DNA from: Marsupella aquatica
Taxonomy: Eukaryota; Plantae; Marchantiophyta
Assembly (NCBI GenBank): GCA_973895155.1
Contig: OZ316891.1
Span: forward strand, 21,440,413 to 21,504,412
Length of the DNA: 64,000 nt
Reading direction: 5' to 3'
The notes below the pieces were generated by a model. It was not told the DNA's origin. It saw nothing but the letters and a program-made list of their open reading frames with translations, and did not search any database. Of this stretch, positions 1 through 15,436 are shown piece after piece. A program made the translations under genes and the position numbers. Each line of letters starts with the position of its first letter. The first letter of the stretch is position 1.

Positions 1-25
1 CATCGTGATGTTTATGGTGTGCCAG

Positions 26-938
26 TGTTCCGGTGTTTGTACCTCAACGGTCGAGGAAACCTCTGACTGAGGTCCACGAGTTCACTTTCCATCTGGAGAC
101 TCGTGCAATGGAACGGGCTGATTTTGATCAAAGGGTAAGCTTATATGAAAGTTTGAAAAATCTGCAAATTTGGATGTTCATTTCATTATTCTGTCAATGA
201 GGTTGAACTGGACCCGTGCAAATGTCTCACATTTACCAAAGTTTCATTCCTATCATCACGAATAACGTGCAGGTTGCCGAGAAGCATAATCAATACAAAC
301 GATTTAGGGAAGAGTACGAGGCTGCCAGGAAGGTAATTTGTCGTTCTTACTACAACCTACCAGATTTACTTCTCAGGAATTCGTGTGACATCTATTCTGG
401 CACAGGACCACTGATTTTAGACTGCAAATTGAACTTCGTTTTGGCTGGATTTTATATCACGGGCCAGAAATGAATGTCAACTTTGCACTGTGCAGGCGGA
501 AGAGGACAGAAGTATTAAAGCCATGAGACGGGAAATGGTTCCGCATGCACGTCCCATGCCAGTATTTCAAAGACCATTTGTGCCGCAAAGGTAAAGCCCA
601 GTAAACATGTCAGACTCAGATATTGTTTTCCTCTAAACAAGAAGCTCTATTGCAGGTTCCTATAGGTGTTTGTCATGCAATGTGATGTTTGCTTATTCAC
701 GAAGATTCACGAAGGATTCTGTGAACTGTGAACTCCCTTTATTTCCCCGATGACCATTCTAAGTTATTCTTGCTGTTGGTTTGTGTCCGAATTTGTTTGC
801 AGGTCCACCAAAGAGCTCACCCGGCCTGTGTCCCCTCAATTCAACTTACCACCAACTCGCATGCCGTCATCAGCACGGCGACGTTCCCTGTCGACCTCCA
901 TGGCAAGCATGCGACGAAAAATGGGTCAGATGCGCTGA
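26..938 (+). CDS. TPX2: TPX2 microtubule-associated protein, last four coding exons (26-134, 273-332, 496-590, 803-938); 5' part lies outside the window
   Basis: GT-AG introns splice to VPVFVPQRSRKPLTEVHEFTFHLETRAMERADFDQR|VAEKHNQYKRFREEYEAARK|AEEDRSIKAMRREMVPHARPMPVFQRPFVPQR|STKELTRPVSPQF...MGQMR*. This is the TPX2 C-terminal domain with the terminal GQMR of plant TPX2. Confidence 0.9.
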
Positions 939-2644
939 GCTGACATTTCAGACCTTAACGCTGTCAGTTTCCTGTATTTGAGCTAAAACACCGATTGAGA
1001 TTATTCAATACAGACTCTGAATTGAGACTTCATCCAGTTATCTGTCTAAACTTGCCAGTCACCGGCAAACCTGGCAGGTCGATGATATATTATGCACAAC
1101 AGATAGTGGCGAATGTGTGCGGCGGTTCGCGCCTGTAGACATCCATTGTTGGGCTATTGTGATTTGACGGCCTTCAAGGCGAGTATTGTCTCGTGCTCAT
1201 GCCAATCCGGTGGATCAGGAGCACAGGGGTAAAGTCTCATCAAGGTTACAACTACGTGAATTGCAGAAACGTAGGATGCTCATAATATTGTACACATGAT
1301 CAATGGCTGGCTGGAAGGCCAGTTATGAGTGACTTGAAGAAGGCGGTGCCTTTGGGGGCTTGGGTTGCGACTTTGTAAGTTGTCCGTAATTATCAGTAGG
1401 ACATTTTTTCTGGTAGTGGAGCAGTGCATCAACTCCGAGGAGTGGACTCTGCATCTAAAAGGAGTCCGTCAGAGAAGCTGTTAAAAATCAATTGTGCTGT
1501 TGATGAGGGTGCGACCAGAGCTCAGCTGACCTGTGCGAGTGTAGAATAATTAGCAAGGGAGGAGAATGTAGTCAGATTTTCATGAGTGGGGTGAATTTAT
1601 GCCGCCCTGTTGATTGAGTCCGTATCATTCAACTCATTCACCACTCTTCTGGAATAAAATTTCATTGTATATTGGTCACTTTAGTTCCCCCAGAGCGGGT
1701 TCAAAGAGGGCCCCCTCAGTTATGACGTTCTAATAGAATCGTGACCCTGTATATTTTCCCTTTGGCTTTTGTATCCCCAGTTCTAATCTGCCATGCATGA
1801 AGTCGAATCACGATGTTCCACTGACTTTCCCCTGCTCCTTGGACAGACAACTTTCAAGTCCCCATGCCTCACTAGCTTGACAATCTTCCAATCTGTGTCT
1901 ACGAAGTGCATTCTTGTCACCTGTACAGCGAAGGACTAGGACTAATGATCTGGCCATTGGTGATCTTCCCAATTTCATACCAAGCCTGCAATGTTGCTAT
2001 TTAGTGGCTTCAATAGTCTTAGATTCTGATGTAATGGGGGTTGATATACGGAATGCTGCAGTTTAGTGTCTTCAATCAGTCATAGATCACGATAATTATA
2101 TATGCCGGGGGCATGGCACCTGCTCCACACTGAAAACAAATGACAGAAATGCCAGGCATCTACGCTACTATTCGATGAATAGAAATGGTGTATATTTATT
2201 ACCCCCCAAAATTGAGATTGACTCAGCTCCAACTCGAGGTAAATTATGAGGTGGCGTCTTAATTTGCCACATTCGACTATACTATGGAGATGCTGTAACA
2301 TCTCCACTCCACTCACACGATCCCAACGTGAATTGAATGTTTCCTTCTCAAGGGATCACATAATCAATGAGTGCTGAAGTTTCAAAATACCACAATTGTG
2401 GAGTTCGCTACCTCACCATGCTTCTACTCTTTTACATCTCCATCTCCATGTTTCTGGAGACAGAATAAAAAAGATCTAAAACCCCTTCCTCTTAGACAGG
2501 CTTTTAGATGACATGGACGCATAAGAATGTGGGTAGCTTACTGGTTTTTGTGCCAGCTTAAGTCATAATTTACTTTTCTTTTCGGCTAAATAATTGGGAT
2601 CTATGAATAGAAAGCTCTTTAACATGTGGACAGTGAATGAACCC

Positions 2645-5600
2645 CTACACTTTGTAATCTACCTTCTCCTCCTTGGATTGCAGAGCTCCTGCTTTAGGCT
2701 CATATGTTGGATCACTTGTGGGGAGAGCCAAGTACTTCTTTGGGAAGGGTTCTGGCATCATCTTCAGGACAATGCCCATCATTATTAGAAGAAGACCACT
2801 ACCGTGTTGCCCCGTCAAGGGCTTTGTGAAAAGGATGTACGAGAGCAGCAATGTCAGCGCTTTCCTTGCAGTTGTTACCTGAACAGCAAAATGCTTTTAG
2901 TCAATAAGAGCTACTTGAACTCTCTGTATGCAGCTCTACTTTACGTGATCCTTCTCTTCTTCCACGCAGGCTTCAATTTTGCCTCTTTGAACTGCATTTG
3001 AATTGAATTGAATTCCAGTTTTTGCTAAAGAGTGAATTGAATTATTTTGCATTTATCTCACGATATTCCTACACTAATTTGGACAGGTGAAGGACCGTCC
3101 TCATTTCTACTAAACGACAGGCAGATAATTGAATCTGATCTGCTTGATCTATGGAGAACTTTATGATCTTGCAACTAGGTCCATTGAACTCACAGAAGTG
3201 AACTCTTTTTAAATTTCTAGCAATAAACCTAGTATACGCTTTGGGAAAGGATCACTCACCATGGCTGTGGTTGCTGCACCGAAGAGAGCAATCAAACAGA
3301 GTACCGAGATCTGTCCTATGAATGTTGCCATAGCTTCGAATATGAGCACGAGATAGACGTACATGTTCTGCAACCGAACAAATAAAGGGATGAGCGTCTT
3401 CCTTCTTCCTACATGTGCTACCGTGGCTGTAGTTAAGTACACTCCGGTAAGTACTCTGAAAGTCTTTCATGCGTCAAACCAGTTTCAGGGTGCAATCATA
3501 CAATCAGGAAAACTTTAGTCAATCTTGAACAGTAGAAGTTTGAATGTATTCAGAAGTTCATAAAAGAACTCAGAATGAAGAAGTTTGGCAGACAAACTTT
3601 TGAACATTCGGTCCACGCCGTGAAGAGCTCGCCAGTAAGAACCATGGGTGGGATGAGGAAAGGGAGTCCAACTAAAGTAGAGCAGAATAACATCTCCATC
3701 TGCAAGCACAGTGGAAAACATTTCCGGTCAGAAGCATTGAACAACCAGTTGCATATATCCCATTGATCATTTGAGCTTGGATGTAATATTTTGATGAATG
3801 CCAGAGGCTGAAAGTAACAACGGTCTGACTGGACACCTTGACAAGATGACAAACCGTGCGTATTAAGCACCATCGTGGTGCAAGATATCGAAGAAGGAGA
3901 TTTACAGTCTCCCAGAAGCGATTCGAAGGATTCCTCTTTGCTACTAGCAAGATAGTTTCGCCGAACATCTCAAGGTGATCCAACAAAGCCATCTACCAGA
4001 AAGAGACGACCAACCGAGAAGGAAACGGGTAGACGGATGAATTGAACAGAAAAGATCAGAAATTTACATTCGGAGGCCAGACACATCACTCAAAGCTTTA
4101 CAGCACACAAGAGGCGGCAGAGGGACAGAGAATCAGATCGAGAAAACCTGACCTGTGTTGTAGCAGGGTTCATTTTGAAAATCGCCTCCTGGAGGTTGCC
4201 CAAGAATGCATCGAGCACGAGTGCCCCGCACACCATGACCACCCCAAGGACGCTGAAGTTCGGGGACGTGTTCGCATCGGCTAGCGTGAAAATGACGAGA
4301 CCGATGACCAGCATTATGGCCGAGACGTACTCGTGCAGAGGGTATTTTCGTCGTAGGCCAGGGATGAAGGCTCCCATCACCATTACAGGCAAGACCTGAA
4401 GGATATGCATTGACAGGATTTTTGCCGATGGTCGTCCGACATCAATGACATAAATGAAACGAAAAATATCAAGATCAATAGAAGACAACTGACGCCAAGT
4501 CTACCATAGCCACAATTGGAAACCGTAGAACTCTCTATGTTGACTAGATCACAACTTAGGCCGGTCTCAATCATGGACGTTTAACAACCCTCTGAGCAAA
4601 ACTTTCAACGGAGATTGTGATGGTAATTAACAAGCAATAGAGCAGGAGAGCTACTAAACATAAAATTAAGGTATCCATTCCCAAGGGGAACAAATCTGAG
4701 ACAGAACTAACGAGATTCAACTCCAGGGATGACTAACGCTACCGTCCTAAGCTGCAATGAAATACAGTCCCCATGTTTTGTGTCAGAAGGCAGAGAAGCT
4801 CCTACCTTCGTCGACTTGAACATTATTTGGGCTGGGTAGTTAAGCCACATGAGAGAGCCTTTCGTCAAACCGTGAGAGCCCATCAACACTGCAGATAGCT
4901 TGATATACGTCTTCCATGGATTCTGTATGTGCTTGGGCTTGAAGCCGTATAATGTGATGAGCCCCAAGTAGACAAGTCCCTGAATGAACGTGAAGTACCA
5001 GCCATAGCTACAAAATCCAACCAACCAGAGTGAGCGGTCCGTCAGTTACAGTAGGCGAGCTTGCTATTGATTGCCAACCGACCGTCAGTCGGTAACAATG
5101 TCTCTATCACGAGGTCGATCCAACGAGTGATGTGAATTGCGACATGGATAGCTATTCCAATGTTTCCAGCCATCAGAACTAGCAATAAATCAGACGCCGT
5201 GATAATTGGAAACGAGACGGACGGTCGTTTGAACTATACACAGCGACCGAACTCCTAAGCTCGCTTGCGGTGTCCGTCCTTCGATGCTGTCACGAGGGAA
5301 TCTGTGCAGATGTTTGGTGAATTCGCTCACAGAAGTGTGATATTCTATGTCAAAAGTACAACCGATCCAGGTGTGACAATCTGACTTTACTACGTGCAAC
5401 GGCATCCGGACCATGAGCCAGCGGATATTTGCACCTAATCTGTGGTCGCTTCATATGAATTGTCACTACTCCAGTATTGCGTCATCAATTGAACGGCGGT
5501 TGACGAAATCCATAGACGGTGAGCGTCAATTTCTTAGATGCGTTGCAATTAAGCCTGTGCACTGACAGAAAACTTTCTGTGAACAAGCCGTTAAATTTAC

Positions 5601-6531
5601 GAGAAAAGGCACCGGCACCAACCTGAATCGGAGCCTGTTGTACACGTACTCCTGTTAACCATTAAACGAACGATTGTCAAAAACATGGCCTTCCTTCCAG
5701 CAAGCAAGACTCAGTGATTCATCTCAGTGATTCATCCAATCGAAGACGATGTACACATCATCACACATCATAAATGTTGCCTCCTGCTAATTCTTGTCCT
5801 AAGACCAGAGACAAACGTGAAGCAAAGTTCAATTTTCGGCATCCCAATTGTGGAATTGGATGGTCGACGCAACCAAACGACCTTGAGTTAGTTCTCACTC
5901 GGTACTGTACTGCAGTTCTGGGTGGCGCCGGAGAAAATGCCAACAAAAGAAATTCAAATAAAATTAGGAAGTAAAACTCATAAGAATAGACACGACAGAG
6001 GAGGAGAGTTCTCGTGATGGTCTGAGGAGGGGACTCAATGAACTAACCACTCGGATCCTACGCTATAGGGCAGCCCAAACACACTCACAAAACCACAATT
6101 GTAGAATTGTGTACCATCATTGTGCGCCCTTCGCTTCCTTGTGTCCAACGGTTCAGCTGGTAGATTCATTAAAGAACGATGATTGGCCCATCACTCCTCA
6201 ATAATTTTCATCCTACCGTTTCACTCTATGCCGCAAATTTAATGTGCTCCTATCTACTGCTCTCACGTCCAGGTTCTCACCCCATGAATGACACGTGATG
6301 CGGTTACACGATTTGGCTTCCACAGCAGTACTGCATCTAAAAAAAATCACCACGAGGAAGAGGAGAGGAGAGGAGAGGAGAGGAGACATTCACCTCACAG
6401 ACTCCATTCACCATGTACCCGAAGAAAAATCCTCCACCGCAGATTAGAAGTTGCAACCATCTCGGCTTTGAAGAGAGGTTCAATCCGAGCAACGCAATCC
6501 CATTCTCTTCGGCAGGGCCGCCCATGTTCAA
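2645..6531 (-). CDS. UDP-galactose/UDP-glucose transporter 2/4-like (UAA family, SLC35B3/PAPST2 homolog); coding exons 6531-6394, 5651-5623, 5007-4806, 4395-4153, 3699-3598, 3367-3260, 2878-2645
   Basis: Seven GT-AG bounded exons join in frame. Motifs: [94 protein letters not shown]. Confidence 0.93.
6355..6386. repeat. short (GAGGA)n-type purine microsatellite in transporter intron 1
   Basis: aggaagaggagaggagaggagaggagaggaga. Confidence 0.7.
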
Positions 6532-9500
6532 TACTCAAATATCTCCGCGGAACGTTTGCAAAATAATCAGAGACCAGTCCAACGCGAATTCTTGAAGAGA
6601 ACGGATGGACCCGCGATGACCGTCCGCTACTCTAGCTGGCTGCAGGAGAAGAGGGAGGACGCCCGACTTGTGCCTATCTATCTCAACGTTCCTTCCTCAT
6701 CAACCGAATCTTTCCACCCTCCTAACCGGCGACACCAGACACGGCCCTTTCCACGCAATGCAACTCACCCTCTTCTTCAGCTCCCTCAGATTGCTTCCTC
6801 CTGTTCCCTCAGGACCCTTTTCACCAACCCCCTCACCTGGAAACATATCCCTCTCTGTTTCTAGCTTGCTCCGCAAAGAGCCGCAGAACACGAAAATCAA
6901 CGAAAGAGCACGCAGTACAATTAAGCTCAATCAATCAGTCAGCCATCCAGTCTATCACGAGAAAGTAATCTGCTTCCTCCTCCAGAAGAACAATTCCTGG
7001 ATTCAATCGACTCCAATTGCCGTATCTACCGCTGCGCCTCGTCTTCTTCCTCCTCTGGCACCAACCGACCAAAGTGGACTCCCCGCCCTGCCCCGTCCAC
7101 AGCAGATTTCTTGTTATCAACGTAAATGCCTCACAACTATCGTAAATTGTCCTATAATCTGCACCGCCAATCCCATTGCGAAATTGAAGGGATGTTTCAC
7201 GAAAGCAAAGAAAACCATAACCTCAAAATAATGCCCTCCGCAGCATCATTTTGCCTCTCTCTGTGCTAATCCCCAATGCCCTCTCCTTCTGATGCATTCA
7301 CCGCCTGCCTTTCCGACCCCTCCCTAACGGAGATTGTGCACTAGTGTAGATCACGGAGAGGAGAGGAACCGCGAGCAGAGCAGCGAGCTCTAATATGAAG
7401 TCGCCGTGTGGAAGCAGAAAAGAGCATAGACCTGAAATGCAGATCTTCCGAGCGAAAAAACCAATTCCAGATCAAAGCATTGCTTCACGGAGCGACGAAA
7501 TCCTCCGCGGCATCTCTCATCGGTCAATCCGGGCTATTCCAATACTCCACAGGCCTTCTCCGCCGCGTTCAATGCCTTCGATGCACGCCTGCCTGGAGAC
7601 CTTCTGAGGTTCTGACCCCTCGCTAATAGAATTTGCACGAGCTCAGAGGACTGACTCGAGACCGGAGCAGCAAAGCGAGCTTAAATCGCTGTCGGACTCG
7701 GAATTTTCTAGTGTATACAAATCTAGATCCCGTCGCCAAGTTTGACCTTCCCACGAAAAGCTCAATTTGCTCGACGCAATCACGCAAAACGTTGGATCGC
7801 GCGTTAGAAAATTGCAGATCCGCAACGAGACAACACATGTTTGCTCGACATTAGCAGAAAACAGGCAGACAGACAGACAATCCAGCGATCGTGGGGCCGG
7901 ACCTCCGGGTCGCAGCATGGGACGAGCCGACGAAGGCGACCGTCCTCCGGGGACGGTACGCTACTTACTAACCGTAGTTACGGACAACAATGTCGTACTC
8001 GTCCCGTGTCACCGGCACCACGGCGAACACTCCGGCGCACCACTCCGGCGAACCACCCCGGCGAACGGTTGATGGTCGCGGGCCGAAACCGTTCGAGGAC
8101 CAAAAAATGAAAAAGTGACTCGATCTGGAAATCACACGCTTCGCCGCAATAATCACTAGCGACAATTGATTTAATTCAGGTCCTGGAAAATTAATTTAAA
8201 AATCACTCGGGTCCAATTGGGTCCCGCTCTTAGATGCTGTCAGCCAGTCTGTGTCAAATTCTGTGTGTGTAAAGTGCTTTGTGTCAAGTCTTTTTTGTGT
8301 AAAGGTTTTGGTCTTAATTGTGTAAAGGGGAACTCCAGATGGGGTTTGTTTGTGTGCCTGTTGGTGTCAAATTTTGTATGTAAAGTGCTTTGTGTCAGAT
8401 TTTGTGCATAAAGAACTTTGGTCTTTTCCTTGTAAAGAGCTTTGGTGCAGGGGTGCAGGCCACTTTGGGATGAGGGTTGTCTGTGTGTGAAGGGCTTTGC
8501 TAAGGCCCACTTTGGGATGGAGGTTCGTGCAAAATAGGGTTGTGCAAACCCTACTGTGGTCAACTGATGAAGCTTGAACTCAAAACCTCACTTGTAGCAA
8601 TGAAGATTGCTACCCTGGACTGAGCTTGCTGGGAAATCTAGTTTTGAGCAACCTTGAACTTATGTGTATCTGCACACAATATGTATCTTTTGGAAATGTG
8701 AATACATACACCCCATGTCATCATCTTTTAGGTGCGAAGGGCAGCAAGTGATAACGGGCAGTGCTGAATGGCAGGACCCAATGGACAACAATAAATGGAT
8801 TATGGATATGTAATTAATGTTTGTGGATAGTTAAGTACTTAAACTTCCAGACCCTAAGAATGCAAGAAACACTTCTCCAAAGTATGTGAACACTGATAAA
8901 TCAGAGTCTATCTGTCTTTCTAGATTAGTTGAATGTGCATTGTGGATTGTGGGTTCATGACGTGGTCACTAGAGTGAAGCCATAGATCCTAATTAGCAGT
9001 ATCATTTACTTTTGTTATTCAGACTTTCTATTGAGTTGGGATACGGATGGGGGATATGGGTAAGGGAACCCTTCCTGTCCATATTCAGGCTAGTTTACAT
9101 TAGAATGCTTGGAATTTCCCTAAAATAGGCATTGGAAAATTTATAATTTTGTTTGGTATTGAAAGGAATCCTTTGGTTACATAGAAACATTTTGAAAATC
9201 CTATCAACATGTGGAGGCTCAGAATCCCATTTGAGTGTGAAAGCAGGAAAATGAGGGGGACCAAAACTCACTTGTTTTTGCTTGTAGATAGTTGTCAAAA
9301 CCCACATTCTGGTGACTTTCAGATGGGGGAATCTGCAGGTCCAGGGTGAAGGAATGTTTGGAGGGAATTATCAAAGGTGAATCATGAGCCTCCACATGTA
9401 ATTAAACCAGTGCACACCATCTCCAATTAGCATAGTAGTCATTTACGAGATGGGGGATACAGCAACCTTGCAATTAAATTAGTTTATGAGGCAGGTTAGT

Positions 9501-12500
9501 AATTTTGCCCAGTTTTGGGGATATGACAGTAAAACACAGTAATAAATGAGTATAGTTATGAAAACATAAGTGCTTGAAACTAGACGAGTTGTTCGGCATT
9601 TTAATTCAAGTTTAGGGTGAGTTGCTGGTTGACATCACTATCAACTATAGAAGTGGGTGTTCAATACCTGGGTGAGATTGTGTTTAGGTCTCCCTTAGGT
9701 GATTTTCCCAGAGTCGCCCAAAATTCAGAACATGATAAACTCAGCTTTGGAGGAATAGTGACCAGCTTAGTGCAGGAGATGAGGTAATAAGTCACCACAT
9801 GTTTTGTGGTTAAGCAAACTTCTCGGCAGACTCTAGAGTTACTCATTTTTGGCTTTTGATCTGACTGGTTGCATGTCTATTATTCTCTCCATAACCTAGT
9901 CCCTGTCCTTTGGACGCCAATACTTATAATGTAAACAAACAGGAACTCATTTCATTTCACTCTCACATCATGGTATGTTTCTGCCTGGCTAGAGTCACAG
10001 TCTAGAGTCCTCACTCTAGACCCGAGGACTCTAGACCACAGCTCTTGATTCTATCTCTTGGCCATTAATAAGTTACTAGCCTAATTACCTGTTCCTTGAA
10101 CTCAAATAGATATCAAGAGAAAAAATATTGCACAATAAAACTTGTATGCTATTTTTGTTGATCTTTGCCTCATCCTTGGTTTTTGTCCACCCTCATTTTA
10201 GTTTTGTCTTTATTTGGAATCAATGTAACTTTTGTCCATCCTCATTTTCTAACTCTAGGTATAGTTTCGTTTCGCACTTCTATAATAAGACATTTATTTG
10301 TGTAACTTTAGTGTATCCAAGACATTATGGAACCTGAATTAGTCTTACTACCAGTAATTGGGTGTAATTGTGGACACAAACCAGTCGCCCGTTAGTTCCG
10401 ACACTGACTAACCGGTCGCCTGTCGCGAACTGAAAGTGGAAGTCGTTTACGGACGAAAAGTCGACGAGATATTCCAAAGGAAGTTAAAGATGAGATCTGA
10501 AAAGCCGACAATAGTACTGTGCCAAGACTAGGGTGTCAACTGTCAAGACACGACGACAGGCCTGAGTAACGACATGTAACACCAAATAATGTACAGTACA
10601 GCTCCAAAAACTAATTCGCCAGACATCTCGTTATGAACTGCCCCGGCGGTAAGCATCCGTAAAGGCATTGCTGGAATCTAAAGCAGTTAGCTGCACAAGT
10701 GCCGTCGATAGGAATGATCGACGGATACTAGGTGGACAGTTGAAAGAAGATTCTCTACAGGTTGGCCTCGAAATTATTGGTATGTTGTATTATTGAGCGG
10801 CCCGTTGGCGGTAGCGAAACCGCAACGCCAGGGATCTTTGTCAGACCAGACCTGCAACATCAGCCCCCAGGCTGGGGTAAATTCGAAACTGGTAAAGTAA
10901 GCTTGAATAGTATCTTTTCCCATGATATAACACAAAAAAGCCAAACAAAGTACAATGACGGGAAAACGAAAAGGTGCTGTGTTCAGGGGTTTGGTTGAAG
11001 GACTAGATAAAGACTCTAATATGCAATCCAGCTTTTTCTTTCTGATGGTCTAGTTAGTAGATGCCTTTCCTCCTGGAATACTCCCTAGGGGTTGGATGGA
11101 CCTAAGGTGCCATTGTGCACCTTTTTCATGGCAACTTGTCACTGTTGTAGAAGCTAGCACACTCTTTAAAATCCAGTTGCCAGACTGACTCCCCACAATG
11201 TGTGACTACCAGATCATCTAGTTTAGAAACCACCTCCACTCACGATCACTCACTATTGACAATATTGTTCTTGCTATCCTATGCAGCATTTGTATGTTAA
11301 AGAGCAGTTTTCAGGAGGAATTTTCAAAATAAATCTCGGGTGATTTGTTTTCCAAGGTTCCCATTGAAGGGCAAATAAGTTTCTTGAGTGCGAATTCTGT
11401 TTGCTTTTTTGCAGTTATTTTCAATGACTTGCGATGAGCTGGACACTGAGATGGAACGGTGGAGGGAAGGAAGGGGGAAATATGCTCTCTGAACCTGTAG
11501 AAATACAAAGAAAAAATGATTTATGCATTTCAAATAAATTTCTAGACCTACTACAAGCCCCTGCTGTGCACACACATTAAACCTAGGCTGCTGATATGGT
11601 TCTGGCCTAAACTCAGAGTCAAAACTGCAAAGCATGCTCATCCTGGAATGCTTGATTTATTTGTCTTGTAGTGATCTGAAAGTAAATCAAATATGAGAGC
11701 ATAACTAGACGGATAAAATAATGTAAGTAAAGTGCCTGCCAAGAAAAGCACAGTGACCAATGAAAAGTACAGTCAAATTTATGACACAACTATACTACTA
11801 CATTTGTGCACTTAATTCAATGTGCCTTATGAATGAATCATTTCAATAAAAACCATAAACTTAAGAAAGAAAAACATGAGAGAAACCTAAGACACTATGT
11901 GTTCATGTCATTCAGAATCATTTCTCTCACTCATGAGATTACTTACTTTGTTCTAGTGGTGGAGCCCCTTGGTTTCATCTCTAAGAGATCACAAACTTTA
12001 AAAGTTATAAGGGGCTGCCAAATTAAGTTCAAATAACCCTCGAATACCTAAAATTAAAGGGGTCTAAAAATTAACTAAAAATGTATATGATACAAAGACT
12101 TCCCCTTGATAAGGCACATTGAAATAAAAATACATGACACAAAAATCTGAATAAGTCAAAACTGAAGCAGTTCTAACTATCTGGTTGGGGGCTGAGCTTC
12201 TGACCTACAGTGAGTAGGGCCTGGGGTATGGCATTTAGTGTGATCTGCACTCATCTTGATATTTGATTTCTTGGAGTGAAAACAACAATTAGTGTGAATA
12301 GTGTGATATGGCCATTAGATTTTGTAAGCACTAATTTATGGAAATCCAGAATAATGAGTTTGTACCACAAAAATGATGCTCCATGAACCGACCCATTGAA
12401 CCATGCAACCCCCATAGATTGTGACACTTAATTTTATACATTCCCTAATTGACACCCTTCTTGTTTCCAAAATGTTTCAATAGCAAAGTTTGACCTTCAA

Positions 12501-15436
12501 TATCTCACTTTTATCCACCGGAATATGGACATTTTGTATGTCCCTGGATATCCAATTAAATCTTATAATCTTAGGTTTGAAAGAATGCCTTTGAAAGGTA
12601 TTCCCAATGAGCCTAATATAGTCAAATTTCATGGAGAATTGATAGATCTATAAACTCTCAAATATACTCTCACTTTCATGCCACATTTCACTTGCATGTG
12701 TCATCTATACTAGGAAAGGGTTTTGCTACAGTTCATCCCAGCTACAAAAATCTATCCAAGCCTTTTGGTCCACATGGATGTTCCGGGCTTTAATCTAGTG
12801 CACTAGTTAAAATGTTCCTTATTAGTGTGGATCAATGGTTTGGCATTTTATTAGACAGTGTGGATTGGCGGATGACTACTACCTGAAGGTAGACCTTGAA
12901 GTAGTTTACCAGGGTCAGAGTAAAGGTCCAAAATTTAGTTCTTCAAGATTGACTTGGGGCTAACACACGCACCCTTCTGGCCCCCAAGCGATCCACAGAT
13001 GAGCCAAGATTGGTCTTTCCTGCTCCTACTTGAAACCCTAAAATTAGTGTTTAAAATTGATTTACCATATATTACTAATGTGTTAAAATTCATTCATGAC
13101 AATTAGTGTGGTTCACACTAATTCTTCCATCCATCATTTTGATTCTTAACAAAATTAGTGTTGTTCACAGTAATTTCTCAGGCCAAGATTGTGATTTACA
13201 ACACTTAGATTGGACAGCTTTTATCCATGCTATATTATGTATTTAATGTAGGGGTATTAGTAAATTCTTTTCCTTAGATGGCAATGTTCATAGACTTGCA
13301 TGGAATTTATGAAAATGTTTATCTTGACTAAATTGGTATGGATTTAGAATTTAAAAAGCCTGACTTTCATAAGAAAGTATTTTGGGACCTCTTGTGAGTA
13401 CAATGAAAGGTTTTAACAGATATCACATCTGAGCTTAGTATGGTTCCAAGTCAATATATGTGGGTGGCTTTTTGTAGTTTTAGTAGCCAGGCCAGAGGAA
13501 GGTAAGCCTAGTTGCTTATCACACGTGAACAAAAGCTTGAATAGACCATTGCAACCCAGTTCAATCATCTTGAAACACCAAACCTATCTGTATAGTCACG
13601 CTTCCTTTGAAATGTGCAACTTTGAACCAAGACTTTTCTAGAAACTTTTAGAAGTGTACTAGCTGTACATGCAAATGTGCAACCTCTTTGCATATGTGTT
13701 CAAACCAGATGCCCTCTTTGCCACTGACTGTAGCTCTGAGCGATGCATCATTACTCATGATTTGAGTTTGGCCAATTTACCAAGGTCAAATTTGAGATAA
13801 TTAGAACTTCTGAGGGATCAGTAAAGCTTGCATAAACTTTTGTGTAACTTTAATTGATCAAATAAAATTCTGTGCCCAGTCTCTTTTGTCCTATGTAGGA
13901 TTGACACAAAGATGCATGAGTCATCTCTAGTTAAGGTACTTCACAGATAGGTTTATTACCTGGACTCTTTCTATTTGTGTACTCTTCCTGGCCTTTTGTT
14001 ATAAATCTGGAGTGTGTTATTTCCAAGGAAATCTGGAGTGTGTTATTGGGTTGTGGTTGGTCAATTGACCAAACCTTTATTTTTGGGTATCAAAAGTACT
14101 ACACACTGGGACCTGGTGCTCATGCAGCTCAGGTGACGAACTGGTCTTAATAGAACCCCTTAAACAGAATTCAAAAAATTCTCCAGACTATGCAGTTTCT
14201 TTTAGAAACAAGTTTAGGTTTTTTTACTGTCAGGCTTCCAGTTTGTTGTTGAGTAGCTTATTCCTTTGCAGTTTGGATTGTTGTCTTTTGGGTCTTTGTT
14301 ATCTTCTTATTTCTCATTTGTTTCTCCCTCTTTATTGGGCTTCTTGCCTTTGGGATCCTGTCTCCCACCAGTATGGTGCTTATTGTTATAAATAAAAAGG
14401 CTGATATTGCTTTGAGTGTGAGCGCCCTGGATTTGAATGCAAAATCAGGAGAAAGCTCTCTACGGCAACTTCGAATGAATCATTTCAGTATACGACTGTA
14501 CTCCGAATTCTGTCCTCGAAGCGATTCAGATTCCTGCAATTCTCAACTTTAAAACCCCCACAAGGAATCAGACCAGGCCTTCTGACTTCAATAAACGAAG
14601 TAGCCCGTCCAGTAGAGATGAACTTGCAAATGTCAGTGAGTGAATTATTTTCTTCTGTTCTGCATGATTGAATTCTCGACGAAGCCTACCCAGTTACGGC
14701 ATTCCAAGATGTAGCCATATAGACTTGCAAATGTCAGTCACGCTGACCTGTCTAATGTGCTTGAAGTTTAGACCAAGCCTGCTTACGGCATTCCATTGTT
14801 CCATACTCCATTGCAGCTGACAGTTCCATTCATTGAGACCTCTCAGGGTTCACTGTCTATACCTTTCTAGCCCAGTTTCGATACATTTTGCTGTTGCCTA
14901 GATCCTCCATTTCTTCTTATGAAACTCGGATCCTACTATCTGTTTACCCATGTACAATGTACAGAGTAACTACAGATAAAGCGAATGCACTTTAGTGTTT
15001 GAAAGAGCACATGGACCTTTCGCTAAACAAGAACAAACCTCACAAAGACATTTTGCGTAATCAAGCTCTCATTCACACTCTAAAAGTAAAATGTCAGTCC
15101 TATAAAATTTGATGAACTCCTATTATTTTAGCAGTTGTTCAAGGGGATGCATTCACACTTAATGCGGTACCTTTTGATTGACATTATGTAGTACATGGTT
15201 CGACGTTGAAAGCTATTAGCCATCGGCACAAATGGAGCCTTGCTTGGAATTCAGATCTAGGTACTAAGTACGACAACAGGTCGGAATATTTCCATAATTC
15301 TAGTCACTGCGTATACTGGACATCTCACAATGGATTGGAATTAAAAACTTGAGAAAATATCCGGACAACCAAGAGGAACAGCTCGTCAAGTTCACAGGCA
15401 CCGGAAAGAATATCTTACATACCAACTTGACAGGGC

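Noticed and set aside
6556-8563. Cluster of 60-190 aa ORFs upstream of the transporter
   Set aside because: No recognisable domains; consistent with GC-rich 5' UTR/intron/promoter DNA and simple repeats.
8240-14403. Possible single DNA transposon bounded by cagcc...ggctg
   Set aside because: Only 5 bp of inverted match, no TSD and no transposase. The region looks repeat-derived, but I cannot support boundaries.
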